Virus record (IMG/VR): IMGVR_UViG_3300018489_000227
Location: 1 to 27,542 of that record
Strand: one strand, 5' to 3'
Source: a virus
Lineage: Duplodnaviria; Caudoviricetes
DNA: 27,542 bases
The notes beneath the pieces were generated by a model. It did not search any database. It was not told where the DNA came from and saw only the letters and a program-made list of their open reading frames with translations. Each line of letters starts with the position of its first letter. The stretch's first letter is position 1. The position numbers and the translations under genes were made by a program. Shown here piece after piece: positions 1 through 8,240 of the stretch.

Positions 1-803
1 ACCACACGCATCTGCCCCACGGGGTCTTGCTCGAACTCTGGATATTGGTTGCGGTATTGCACCGCGTCGCCAGTGACCATGACCGCAAAGTGTTCGTGCG
101 GCAGCATCAGTTCTTCACGCCCTCGGGCAATGGCTCTCACATCGTAGAGGTGACGGACCAAGCGGTCGTCGTAGTCGGCACGATTACGACCGGCACGAGC
201 CTCTGCCGTTCGGCGCAGGAAGGACAGCACCTTTTCAGCGAGGGTCTCCTCGACGCTGATGCACTCCACGTGCAAATCCGTCCTGGGCGCCTGGATCAAG
301 ACATCCAGCATGGACGCGATGGGCAGCGGTGCCGTGGGCAGCACAGGCGGCCGGGCATTGAGCTCCAACTTGATTTCAGATCGCAGGCTGGCCACCGGCG
401 CAAAGCGGCTCTCGTAATGCAGATTCAACGAGACGTAGCTGTTCTCGTCCCGGGCGATGATCTCGTCGGCTGGCACCGCAAAGCCGGCCTCCCTCAGCGC
501 TGCGGCCAAGCGCTTCTTGAACTGGCTGAGCAAGCGGCTGCGCGCACTGCGCGACAAACCCTGCGGTAGAACGAGTTTGAAATCGATGTCTTCGGACATC
601 CGCTCGATCAGGCCGTGTGCCTTGGATAGGCAGGTTCCTCCGCAAAACACCAACTGGATGCCATCGCTGTCCACCGCCACGACGGTGCGCAGCACTTCGG
701 TGATCAGCAGGTCTTTTTCGATCACCGCCTCGGCGAGTGCTGTCAGCCCCTCGCCCATCACACTGATGATCAGTTCATGCTCGCGCGCTGTAATTGTTTT
801 CAT
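1..803 (-). CDS. AbiEii-family nucleotidyltransferase toxin (type IV TA), 3' end outside the window
   Basis: Absent from the ORF track because no stop falls in the window. Manual translation from ATG 803: MKTITAREHELIISVMGEGLTALAEAVIEKDLLITEVL...VFCGGTCLSKAHGLIERMSEDIDFK..., with the EKD, GGT, RxSEDIDF and later ETLAEK and RHLYD motifs of AbiEii. Confidence 0.92.
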   Translation of the reverse strand, partial: MKTITAREHELIISVMGEGLTALAEAVIEKDLLITEVLRTVVAVDSDGIQLVFCGGTCLSKAHGLIERMSEDIDFKLVLPQGLSRSARSRLLSQFKKRLAAALREAGFAVPADEIIARDENSYVSLNLHYESRFAPVASLRSEIKLELNARPPVLPTAPLPIASMLDVLIQAPRTDLHVECISVEETLAEKVLSFLRRTAEARAGRNRADYDDRLVRHLYDVRAIARGREELMLPHEHFAVMVTGDAVQYRNQYPEFEQDPVGQMRV

Positions 804-1200
804 AGCGCACGGTGCTGATGCCGACGGTGATCTTGCGGGAAATACGGCGCTGGCCCGTGTTAAACGTCGTGCGCACGGGAATCTGTGTGGTCTTGCCCTC
901 GGCATAGTCGGTCTGAGCACGACCCAATTGCACCGGGACGCCCAGTTTCTCCAGCGTCTCCTGCGCCAACTCAGCGAGACTGACGCGCGGCACCGGCTTG
1001 CCCGACAGCACGCTTGGGCGTGCTTTAGCGTAGACGCCATAGCCCAGGCGAACGATCTTGCCTGCCTCGATGAGCTCCTTGAGCGCCCGACTGATCTGGC
1101 TGGGGCTGCCCATCGCCTCGAAATCGGCGCGCACGACAACCTCGCCCTTGCGCAAGGCGATGGAGCGAACCATCCTGTCTTTGACGCTGAGTCGGCTCAT
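775..1200 (-). CDS. AbiEi-like / DUF6088-like antitoxin with N-terminal winged HTH (type IV TA)
   Basis: GGAGG RBS precedes ATG 1200. MSRLSVKDRMVRSI...SPSQISRALKELIEAGKIVRLGYGVYAK is a wHTH signature. Overlaps the toxin start by 29 nt. Confidence 0.85.
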   Translation of the reverse strand: MSRLSVKDRMVRSIALRKGEVVVRADFEAMGSPSQISRALKELIEAGKIVRLGYGVYAKARPSVLSGKPVPRVSLAELAQETLEKLGVPVQLGRAQTDYAEGKTTQIPVRTTFNTGQRRISRKITVGISTVRYENNYSARA

Positions 1201-1214
1201 GGCGACCTCCGATT

Positions 1215-1302
1215 TGATGCAAACATTGCTCATGTACTGTACGCGATCTTGACTTAATTTTCCAGACAAGGCATGAATTTTCTGATGCAAACATTGCTCA
1301 TG
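1215..1302 (-). promoter_or_regulatory. Putative sigma70 promoter of the AbiE operon flanked by two exact 20-bp direct repeats
   Basis: TGATGCAAACATTGCTCATG at 1215-1234 and 1283-1302. Between them on the minus strand: TGGAAA (1264-1259), 17 nt, TACAGT (1241-1236). Confidence 0.7.
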
Positions 1303-1304
1303 GC

Positions 1305-1360
1305 AGAAACGCAAAAATCCCCCGACCCCACCACCCGTGAAGGCAGTGAGATCGGAGGAT
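1305..1360 (-). terminator. Rho-independent terminator ending the late operon
   Basis: Minus strand ATCCTCCGATCTCACTGCC-TTCACG-GGTGGTGGGGTCGGGGGAT forms a 19-bp stem (5 G-U pairs), followed by TTTTGCGTTT, 22 nt after the last lysis gene. Confidence 0.8.
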
Positions 1361-1382
1361 CGTTGTTTCAGGTTGTCGCGCG

Positions 1383-1811
1383 CTACCGTGCCGGCCCACG
1401 CCACTTGTCGAAGCTGCGCGCCCCGGTGTAGCCGAGGTAGCCGGCACCGAACAGCCACCAGAGGCTCTCTGGGATGGCACCCAGTAGCTTGTTCAAGTTC
1501 TCCGCCGCCTGGAAGACGTGCGTTGGCCACCAGATGCCGATGATAGAGCCCATCACGCACAGCAGGATCACGCCGTAGATCACGTACAGGAAGGTCGGCC
1601 TTGCCCGGCTGGTCCAGGGGTCCTGAGAGTTGGCCTCAGCCAGGATCGCCGAGAGACTCGTCTGCATCTCCTGCAGCGCCAGTTGTCCCTCGGCTTGCAG
1701 CAGCGCGAGCTTGGCTTTCTCCCGCTCGGCAGGATCGGGCACAAGTCGGTCGATGAGTCGGCTGCCGGCTTCGAGCAGTCCAGGTGCCAAGGTGGTGAGG
1801 ATCGGGGTCAT
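1383..1811 (-). CDS. Holin of the GTA/3TM-holin type
   Basis: N-terminal LIDRLVPDPAEREKAKLALLQ, then AEANSQDPWTSRARP, a TM segment and IPESLWWLFGAGYLGYTGARSFDK. Overlaps the endolysin stop (ATGA). Confidence 0.8.
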   Translation of the reverse strand: MTPILTTLAPGLLEAGSRLIDRLVPDPAEREKAKLALLQAEGQLALQEMQTSLSAILAEANSQDPWTSRARPTFLYVIYGVILLCVMGSIIGIWWPTHVFQAAENLNKLLGAIPESLWWLFGAGYLGYTGARSFDKWRGPAR

Positions 1812-2326
1812 ACGGTGCCCTCCACGAATTCAGCAATCCGGTTCATCCAGCCGGCGGCAAAGGCCGACTGCTTGGGGTCGTTGGTGATCAGCCGCCCGAG
1901 ATGGCGCAAGCGCTGGCCCAGCACCTTGCTGTAGAGCACAGCTTGATCGGCGGCAGCGAGTGCTGCGCGGGTCTTGGGGCCGATGATGCCATCAGCGGTC
2001 ACGCCAAGCGCCGCCTGCAGCCACTGCACCGCCCGCTTCGGCCCGGAATGAACCCCTGAATCGACCAGCAGGTGCAGCAGCCCCGGATGGGTGATGGCAT
2101 CGAACCCGGGGCCGGTGATGTACTGCTGGCGGTAGATGGCACGGGCATCTGTTTCCGTCAGCGCCTGCACTTCAGCAGCCGTGGCGGGGCGACCGAGCTT
2201 GCGACATGCCCCCAGTGTCTGCGCGGTGATGCCGAATTTCGTCGGTCCACCCAGGTCGGCCGGGTGGTTCACATAGCCGCCTTCGCGGCGGATGATCTCG
2301 TCGAGGATGGTGTCGATGGGGGTCAT
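1808..2326 (-). CDS. Endolysin, glycoside hydrolase family 108 with C-terminal peptidoglycan-binding domain
   Basis: EGGYVNHPADxGGPTKFGIT catalytic motif; LQAALGVTADGIIGPKT; ends FAAGWMNRI. Confidence 0.93.
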   Translation of the reverse strand: MTPIDTILDEIIRREGGYVNHPADLGGPTKFGITAQTLGACRKLGRPATAAEVQALTETDARAIYRQQYITGPGFDAITHPGLLHLLVDSGVHSGPKRAVQWLQAALGVTADGIIGPKTRAALAAADQAVLYSKVLGQRLRHLGRLITNDPKQSAFAAGWMNRIAEFVEGTV

Positions 2327-2652
2327 AGCCGCTCCTTTGCGGTGGCGTTGTCAAGACGCGTCTGCGCCCAGCGTTCGATTTGATAAATCGCGCGGCTGCC
2401 CATGTGGCCGGAGATACCGACCAGTGCCGCCGTGACGAGGGGATCGAGCTGCGCGGCCTCGCACAACCAGAAGGTGATGAGCCCGGCAAACGCCGACGTG
2501 GTGATCTCACCGATGAGCTCGACCACATTGAATGAGCGGGTCTCGCCGGATTTGACTTTGCGGTAGAAGCTGACGAGACCACCCCAGGCGGCCAGACCCG
2601 TCACCCACAGGTAGGTGATCAGGCCATAGGCGGTGGGGTCTTTTTCTGGCAC
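2323..2652 (-). CDS. Holin (LydA-like family), 109 aa
   Basis: GTG 2652 preceded by AAGGAGG. MPEKDPTAYGLITYLWVTGLAAWGGLVSFY...TSAFAGLITFWLCE...AALVGISGHMGSRAI gives three hydrophobic segments, directly upstream of the endolysin. Confidence 0.85.
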   Translation of the reverse strand: MPEKDPTAYGLITYLWVTGLAAWGGLVSFYRKVKSGETRSFNVVELIGEITTSAFAGLITFWLCEAAQLDPLVTAALVGISGHMGSRAIYQIERWAQTRLDNATAKERL

Positions 2653-2662
2653 GGTGGCCTCC

Positions 2663-3721
2663 TTACTCAGATTGGGTGATGGGAACGGGTGCCGCGGTGA
2701 AGCGCTCGCACTCGACTTGCGTCGTGTAGCCCTGGGTGCCGAGCCGGTGCTCGACGCGCTTGATGCGCCAGTCGGTTGGGATGCCCGGGCGCAGAGAAAT
2801 CGACAGCCGTCCTTCTGCGGCCAGACTGGGATCGCCCGGCAGGCTGAAACTGAGTTCGCCCTGGCCGCGTTCGCCGGTGTTCTTGCGGGTGGCCGCTGCG
2901 GCCTTGGCTTCCGCTTCGGTTGCATGGACATATCGGATTTCCTCGAATGGTGGTGATCCGGTGGTCACTTCCCGGCGCGCGCCTTTCTCGAAGTCCCACC
3001 AGTAGGCTTTGGTGCCACCTGTCGCGGTACTGGGTGGTTTTTGGGTATTGGCTTCCTTGGTGGAGCCGCTACCGCCGGGCTTGCGGGCCGAATGTCGATA
3101 GCGCCACTCCGCCAGATCACTGGATATGAGTTTGATCGCCGGCATTACCTGTCCGGTAATGGTCTTGATCGACCCCCTCTTGGCCAGTACAAGGAACCCG
3201 GCCACGGGTTTGGCCACGGCATCGTACTTTGCGGCCATGCGCGTGAGCAGTGCCATGTCCGACTCGGCGGTCTGATCCAGATGGGGAACGGCAATGGCGC
3301 CCAGCGCCGGATCGATCTTGGCTTGATAGCGGTGCTCAGCGGCGATAGCCTCGACCAGCTTGCCCAGCGTCGTTGCATCCCAGGAGCGTGTCTTTGGGCT
3401 GCGAAACGGCCCGACCATGTCAGCGGCCTTGGCCGAGACCGACAGCGTCGCTGGGGGCGAGCGGATCTCGAGCTCATCAACGATGAAACGCCCCAAGGAC
3501 ACAAGATTGGTTTCGGCATACCCAAGCGACACGGTGAGCACCGTGCCGATACGCGGCAGTTCGGCAATCGCACCGTCCTCGCGGCGGCGGTCGTCCAACG
3601 TCAGCGTCAGCTCATCGGACTGGATGCCAGCCTCATCTGTGACCACCAATTCGATGAGGCGGTCGCGGACGGCGGCAGTGATCTCTTGGCTATTGGCGTA
3701 GATGCGGAATATCGGTTGCAT
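2663..3721 (-). CDS. Baseplate hub protein, P2 gpD-like
   Basis: ITAAVRDRLIELVVTDEAGIQSDELTLTLDD, LGRFIVDE, HLDQTAESDMALLTR and WRIKRVEH motifs; position after X. Confidence 0.92.
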   Translation of the reverse strand: MQPIFRIYANSQEITAAVRDRLIELVVTDEAGIQSDELTLTLDDRRREDGAIAELPRIGTVLTVSLGYAETNLVSLGRFIVDELEIRSPPATLSVSAKAADMVGPFRSPKTRSWDATTLGKLVEAIAAEHRYQAKIDPALGAIAVPHLDQTAESDMALLTRMAAKYDAVAKPVAGFLVLAKRGSIKTITGQVMPAIKLISSDLAEWRYRHSARKPGGSGSTKEANTQKPPSTATGGTKAYWWDFEKGARREVTTGSPPFEEIRYVHATEAEAKAAAATRKNTGERGQGELSFSLPGDPSLAAEGRLSISLRPGIPTDWRIKRVEHRLGTQGYTTQVECERFTAAPVPITQSE

Positions 3722-3731
3722 CCTTGCCTCC

Positions 3732-3950
3732 TTAGGACCACAGCCGGATCACAGGCGCTTCGACCGGCAGAGGCAGATCAGGGAGTTCGATCAGCAAGCC
3801 GGCCGAAAGCACTGGCGGCATCAGGGCCAAGTGCGGATTGGCTTCGAGCACGGCGGCGATCACATCACTGCGTCCATAGTGCTTCCAGACGATGGCATCG
3901 AGCACATCGCCATCCCGTGTGATCACTCGCTTGAAGATGGGGCTGGTCAT
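3732..3950 (-). CDS. Tail protein X (P2 gpX-like)
   Basis: TRDGDVLDAIVWKHYG...VLEANPHL...GLLIELPDL...IRLWS. Confidence 0.92.
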   Translation of the reverse strand: MTSPIFKRVITRDGDVLDAIVWKHYGRSDVIAAVLEANPHLALMPPVLSAGLLIELPDLPLPVEAPVIRLWS

Positions 3951-4345
3951 GACAGATCCTCACCATAGGCTTTTAGCTTGATGCGGAACTCCAGCTTTCT
4001 GGGCTGACCATCGTCTGCGAACACCGTGCGGGTATCGCCGATCTCCGTGATAACCCAAGCGCCCCAGATGCGCCCCAGGCCGTCGACCAGTTGCAGCGGC
4101 TTGCCGGAATCGGCCAGCGCACGCATCGCTTCGATCTGGCCCAGGCCACCCTTGAAGCTCGGGTAGATCACGCCATCGAGCTCGATCTCGCCGACGTTGC
4201 GCCCGACAAACTGCAGCGCAGGATCGCGGTTAATCCTCGCCTGCTCCTGCCAGCGCCAGGACTGGTTGAGTGAGAACTTCTGGTAGGCGAGCGTGGCGAT
4301 TTCAAAACGAAACTCGCCCAGGCCCAACATCACACGTTCGGCCAT
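3947..4345 (-). CDS. Tail tube initiator, P2 gpU-like
   Basis: MLGLGEFRF...WRWQEQARI..PALQFVG...LVDGLGRIWGAWVI..GQPRKLEF..LKAYGED; ATG 4345 with GAGG. Confidence 0.92.
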   Translation of the reverse strand: MAERVMLGLGEFRFEIATLAYQKFSLNQSWRWQEQARINRDPALQFVGRNVGEIELDGVIYPSFKGGLGQIEAMRALADSGKPLQLVDGLGRIWGAWVITEIGDTRTVFADDGQPRKLEFRIKLKAYGEDLS

Positions 4346-4390
4346 GTCACACCTCGACAAAAATAGGGAAGGAGACTGACGTGCTTGGGA

Positions 4391-7195
4391 TCAGTCGTAC
4401 ATCGCCGCAGCCGGGCTGCGGGTGGTCTCGCGCATCAGGGTGCGCAGGCGCGACTCGATGAGTGCGGCGATCTCGCGCGCATCCATCCCCGGTGGGGCGT
4501 TGACCGTGATCGGAGCGGACAGCGAGACGTTGGTGTTGCCACGCGCGGCCAGTGGTTGCGCCGGCATCGTCACCGGTCTGGCACTCGCCACTGACGGACT
4601 GCCCGCCGACATCGCTGTGATGCCAACGGGTGCGGTGCCGACGGATGGGCGTGGCGCAGCCAGCGCAGCAGTGCCACCGACCGCTGCCGGACGCGCAGTA
4701 GCCGGAGCCGTGGCATTGGGAGACGCCGGCTTATCGCTACCGAAGAGCGATCCGAACCATTTGCCGACTTTGCTGCCGGCTTCCATCACCCAGCCGATCT
4801 TGCCTGCGATCCAGTCAATGGCTTGCCCGACGGTGGCGGTGATGCCGGACCAGAGACCGGTCATGAAATCCGCCACCGGTTGCCAGGCCGCGCTGATGAG
4901 AGCCAAGGGGGAGAATGTCACCAGTGCCGTAAAAACCTCAATCACCCACCCCACCAGCGTGCCAACCGCCCGGATCGGCAGGGTCAGCACCGTGAAAGCC
5001 GTGCTCAACACACCACCGATCACCGCACCGAGGGACTGGCCAGACGCCGATAGGCTGTCGAACTCCTCCTTGGTGATCGTCACTGGCGTGAGCAACTGAC
5101 CGATCCAACCGACCACCCGGCTCACGCCATCGGCGATAAATCTGAAGACCGATGCCACCGCACGCCCAATCGGCGCCAGCGGGGCCAGTGCCGTGGAAAG
5201 ACTCGTGATGGCCGGCTGCATCGCCGTGCGAATGCCTTGGAACACGCCGCCAAGGTAAGCGGCAATCGGGTCCCAGTATTTGCGGATCACCAGCGCCAGA
5301 CCGGCAACGGCTGCACCGATCCCGACCACGATCCATGTGATCGGGTTGGCCAAGAGCGCTGACGTGGTGGCCCCAATCGCTGGCAACATCGACCGAAAGG
5401 CCAGCGCTGCCGACTTGACCGGAGCGATCATCCCGATGGCACCCGTCTGAATCCGTCCCCAGGCGAGCGACAGCATGCCAGCACTCGACCCAGTGGCCGC
5501 CGCTTGTACTTGCAGTAGCGCAAGTCCAGCGCGCGCCGACCGAAACGCCACCTGCGCCGCCAGAATCGGCCCCTTCACGAAGGTCCAGGCATATCCCAGT
5601 GCGATGGTGGCGACCTTCAAGCCCAGCACGGCACCGATCGTTCCCACCACCACCTTGGTGACGATGGGGAAACGCTCGGCCAAATTGGCGAGAGCATCGA
5701 TGGGCCCCATCAGCGCACCCACCAGGCTGTTCAAGGCCGGCAGTAGGGCATTACCCACCGTGATGCCGAGCCGGCTCATCTGGTTTTTGAGGAGCTGCAG
5801 GGCGTTGGCCGTCGTGGCCGAGCGCGCCTCGTACTCCTTTTGCATCGAGCCGGCGTAGGCGGTCTGATCGGCCACCAGTCCAACCGCCTTCTCGTAGGTC
5901 TCCATCGACCCAACCAGCTTGGCGATGTCGTCGGCGTACTCCATGCCGAACAAGTCAGACAGCGTGCCCATCATGTCCGGGGCGTTCTTCACCTGCTGCA
6001 AGAAGGTTGTGAGCGCACCCTGGGCATCGCGCTCGATCATCTTCTTCATGACCTCAGCCGACAGCCCGATGTCCTGCAAGCCTTGCTGGAACTTCTCGTT
6101 TTGCTTGTCGGCGGTCGCGAGCTTCATCAAGAGCGCATTGATGCCCGTGGCCGCCACTTCGGGTGGCGTCTTGAGCGCCAGGAAGGTGGCGCCCAGCGCA
6201 TTCAACTGCGCGCCGGACAGGCCGAACAGCTTGGCGGTCGATCCAGCCCGGTTGGCGATGTTCAAGAGATCTGATGCCTTGGCATCCATGTTGTTCGAGA
6301 GGTGGTTGATCGCGTCCCCGAGCTTGACCACCTCGTCTTGCGTCATCCCGAAGATCGAGCGCAGCCCCGTCATCGCCGCACCTGCCTGTTGACCCGACAG
6401 GTCGAAGGCCACGCCCATCTTGGCGGCGTCCTCGGCAAAGCGCAGCAACTCCTCTCTGGCAATCCCAGCCTGACCTGCGGCGGCCACAATGGCACCGATG
6501 CCGTCAGCGGCCATCGGGATGCGGGTCGACAGCAAGAGCACGTCTTTGGACATCTGCCCGAATTGATCCGGCGTGTCGAAGTCGACCACCTTCCTCACAT
6601 CCGCCATCACCGACTCGAACTGGACCGCCGGTTGCACCAAGCCATAGAGCGCACCGCCCAAGGCGACCGCATCCATCATCTGGGCGCGGTAGGCGCTGCG
6701 GTTCTCGAGATTACGGGCTTGGGCCTGCTGGGCACGCGTGAGTGACTCGGTGCGATTGCGCAGCAATTCCATCTGCTGCCCTAGTTTGGCGGACTCGGTA
6801 CCGACGGCGCGCAGGTTTACGCCTGACTTCGCCAGCGACACGGAAAGTTCATCGACGGCGGCGCGCTGGCGGCGGTAGGCATCTTCGGCCCGAGCCGCTG
6901 CTGCACGGGCACGTTCCAGTTCGCGGGCCTGCTTGGCCGATGGCTCACCGCCTTGGCCTGCGATATTCGCTTCCAGCCCGGAGACCTTCTGCTGCGCGGA
7001 GCGCATGGCCAGTGCGGCATCCTTGGCCTGGGCGCGCAGCGTCTCAAGCTGCTTGATACCGTATTGCTTGTTGCTGAGCTCCGCCATCGTGGAGCCCAGT
7101 TGATTGAGCTGAGCCTTGGCACCGCGCACGGCAGACCCGAGCGAGGCCGCCAGCGTGGCGCCGATACTGATCTGAACGGGATGCGCGGTGGCCAT
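4391..7195 (-). CDS. Tail tape measure protein (TP901-type core)
   Basis: About 934 aa, Ala/Gly-rich helical; FESVMADVRKVVDF, DAINHLSNN, LKTPPEVAATG, LLANPITW; lies between the chaperones and gpU. Confidence 0.95.
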   Translation of the reverse strand: MATAHPVQISIGATLAASLGSAVRGAKAQLNQLGSTMAELSNKQYGIKQLETLRAQAKDAALAMRSAQQKVSGLEANIAGQGGEPSAKQARELERARAAAARAEDAYRRQRAAVDELSVSLAKSGVNLRAVGTESAKLGQQMELLRNRTESLTRAQQAQARNLENRSAYRAQMMDAVALGGALYGLVQPAVQFESVMADVRKVVDFDTPDQFGQMSKDVLLLSTRIPMAADGIGAIVAAAGQAGIAREELLRFAEDAAKMGVAFDLSGQQAGAAMTGLRSIFGMTQDEVVKLGDAINHLSNNMDAKASDLLNIANRAGSTAKLFGLSGAQLNALGATFLALKTPPEVAATGINALLMKLATADKQNEKFQQGLQDIGLSAEVMKKMIERDAQGALTTFLQQVKNAPDMMGTLSDLFGMEYADDIAKLVGSMETYEKAVGLVADQTAYAGSMQKEYEARSATTANALQLLKNQMSRLGITVGNALLPALNSLVGALMGPIDALANLAERFPIVTKVVVGTIGAVLGLKVATIALGYAWTFVKGPILAAQVAFRSARAGLALLQVQAAATGSSAGMLSLAWGRIQTGAIGMIAPVKSAALAFRSMLPAIGATTSALLANPITWIVVGIGAAVAGLALVIRKYWDPIAAYLGGVFQGIRTAMQPAITSLSTALAPLAPIGRAVASVFRFIADGVSRVVGWIGQLLTPVTITKEEFDSLSASGQSLGAVIGGVLSTAFTVLTLPIRAVGTLVGWVIEVFTALVTFSPLALISAAWQPVADFMTGLWSGITATVGQAIDWIAGKIGWVMEAGSKVGKWFGSLFGSDKPASPNATAPATARPAAVGGTAALAAPRPSVGTAPVGITAMSAGSPSVASARPVTMPAQPLAARGNTNVSLSAPITVNAPPGMDAREIAALIESRLRTLMRETTRSPAAAMYD

Positions 7196-7204
7196 GGGCA
7201 AACC

Positions 7205-7351
7205 TCATGAAGATGGCACGGCAGACAAGCGCCGCGCCCATGACAAGGCCTCGACCAACTCACTCACCTCAAGGGCAAGGAGTTCGGATCGAGGCCAATG
7301 GGTGTAGAGGGCGAGCTCCACCACGAGGGCGGAGAGCTCACCCGGATTCAC
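7205..7351 (-). CDS. P2 gpE'-like tail assembly chaperone extension (normally reached by frameshift), 48 aa
   Basis: Manual translation VNPGELSALVVELALYTHWPRSELLALEVSELVEALSWARRLSAVPSS*; HWPxSELxxL..SEL is the GpE-family motif. Below the ORF-track cutoff. Confidence 0.82.
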   Translation of the reverse strand: MNPGELSALVVELALYTHWPRSELLALEVSELVEALSWARRLSAVPSS

Positions 7352-7595
7352 TGCAAAAACCGCCCAGCACCTTCTGCAGTTGGGCGTAGTCCTTCATATC
7401 GAGCTGGTGGATCGCGGCTGGCGGCAGCTCGGCCAGATTGGCGATCAGCCGGATCTCGCGCTCGGCGTCCGTGCCGGCCGACTTCTGTGCGGCCAGATGG
7501 TCGCCCACCGTGGGACGGCGCAAGGCGATCTCCTGGATCGGCAGACCGTCGTGCTCGATTGGGAAGTTGAGGGTGATGCGTTCAGATGTGTTCAT
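7338..7595 (-). CDS. Tail assembly chaperone (P2 gpE / Mu gp41-like)
   Basis: ITLNFPIEHDG...IALRRPTVGD...IRLIANLAEL...LDMKDYAQLQKVLGGF; T run at the 3' end. Confidence 0.9.
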   Translation of the reverse strand: MNTSERITLNFPIEHDGLPIQEIALRRPTVGDHLAAQKSAGTDAEREIRLIANLAELPPAAIHQLDMKDYAQLQKVLGGFCSESG

Positions 7596-7607
7596 GAGAT
7601 TCTCCCT

Positions 7608-7672
7608 ATTTATCTCGATAACGGAGCCGTATTTGGCGCTATATTTGTAGCCATTACTTTGAGGAATAAACC
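7608..7672 (+). promoter_or_regulatory. AT-rich leader of the type II TA operon with candidate operator and RBS
   Basis: Inverted repeat GCTA-TATTTG-TAGC at 7638-7651; TATTTG occurs twice; GAGGA at 7661-7665. Confidence 0.5.
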
Positions 7673-7924
7673 ATGGATGCGATCTACGCCGACTACTCCA
7701 TCAGCATGTCCGAGTTCAAACGCAACCCGGCACAGGTACTTCGCACAGCTGGCGAAAAGCCCGTGGCGGTGCTCAACCACAACCGCCCGGCCTTCTACAT
7801 GATCACGCCCAAGCTCTTCGAGGCGCTGGTCGAGGAACTAGCCGATCGCGATCTGGTGGAGCTCGCTCGCCAGCGTCTGACCACGGTCGACCAAGCGATT
7901 GAGGTCGATCTTGACCAGCTCTGA
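7673..7924 (+). CDS. Phd/YefM (StbD-like) antitoxin
   Basis: SISMSEFKRNPAQVL...PVAVLNHNRPAFYMITPKLFEALVEELADRDL, with an acidic C-terminus. Confidence 0.93.
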   Translation: MDAIYADYSISMSEFKRNPAQVLRTAGEKPVAVLNHNRPAFYMITPKLFEALVEELADRDLVELARQRLTTVDQAIEVDLDQL

Positions 7925-8240
7925 GTCTCCCGCCGGGGCGACGAAGTACCGACTGAAATTCCTGCCCGCCGCACTCGACGAATGGAATGCGCTGGACGGT
8001 AGCGTCAAAGCGGTGCTCAAGAAGCTGCTCAAAAAGCGCCTTGAGCAGCCGCGTGTCCCGGGTGCGCAATTGCATGGAGATCTGCGCGATTGCTACAAGA
8101 TCAAACTGCTCAAACAGGGCTATCGCCTGGTTTATCAGGTCGAGGACGGCGTGCTGGTCGTCCTGGTGCTGGCCGTGGCCAAGCGCGAAGACATGGCGGT
8201 GTATCGCGCGGCCATTGATCGGCTGATTTCAGGTCGGTAG
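7911..8240 (+). CDS. RelE/StbE-family mRNA interferase toxin
   Basis: YRLKFLPAALDEWNALD...LHGDLRDCYKIKLLKQGYRLVYQV..VLVLAVAKRE..VY. Start taken as TTG 7911 (GAGG at 7901), overlapping the antitoxin end. Confidence 0.93.
   Translation: MTSSESPAGATKYRLKFLPAALDEWNALDGSVKAVLKKLLKKRLEQPRVPGAQLHGDLRDCYKIKLLKQGYRLVYQVEDGVLVVLVLAVAKREDMAVYRAAIDRLISGR

Noticed and set aside
1215-1302. Two 20-bp repeats with a 48-nt spacer as a mini-CRISPR or att site
   Set aside because: Only two short copies, no cas gene or integrase nearby, and the spacer contains a plausible promoter, so an operator role fits better.
1201-1560. Upstream extension of the 261-aa ORF 775-1560, and the similar extensions of 2323-2931, 10043-10348 and 25706-26179
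   Set aside because: The extensions overlap other genes or regulatory DNA; internal starts with RBSs (1200, 2652, 10228, 25918) give family-typical proteins.
4391-4750. Pro/Ala-rich C-terminal stretch of the tape measure as a separate domain or repeat element
   Set aside because: Low-complexity linkers are common at the C-terminus of P2-type tape measures, and no discrete repeat unit was visible.
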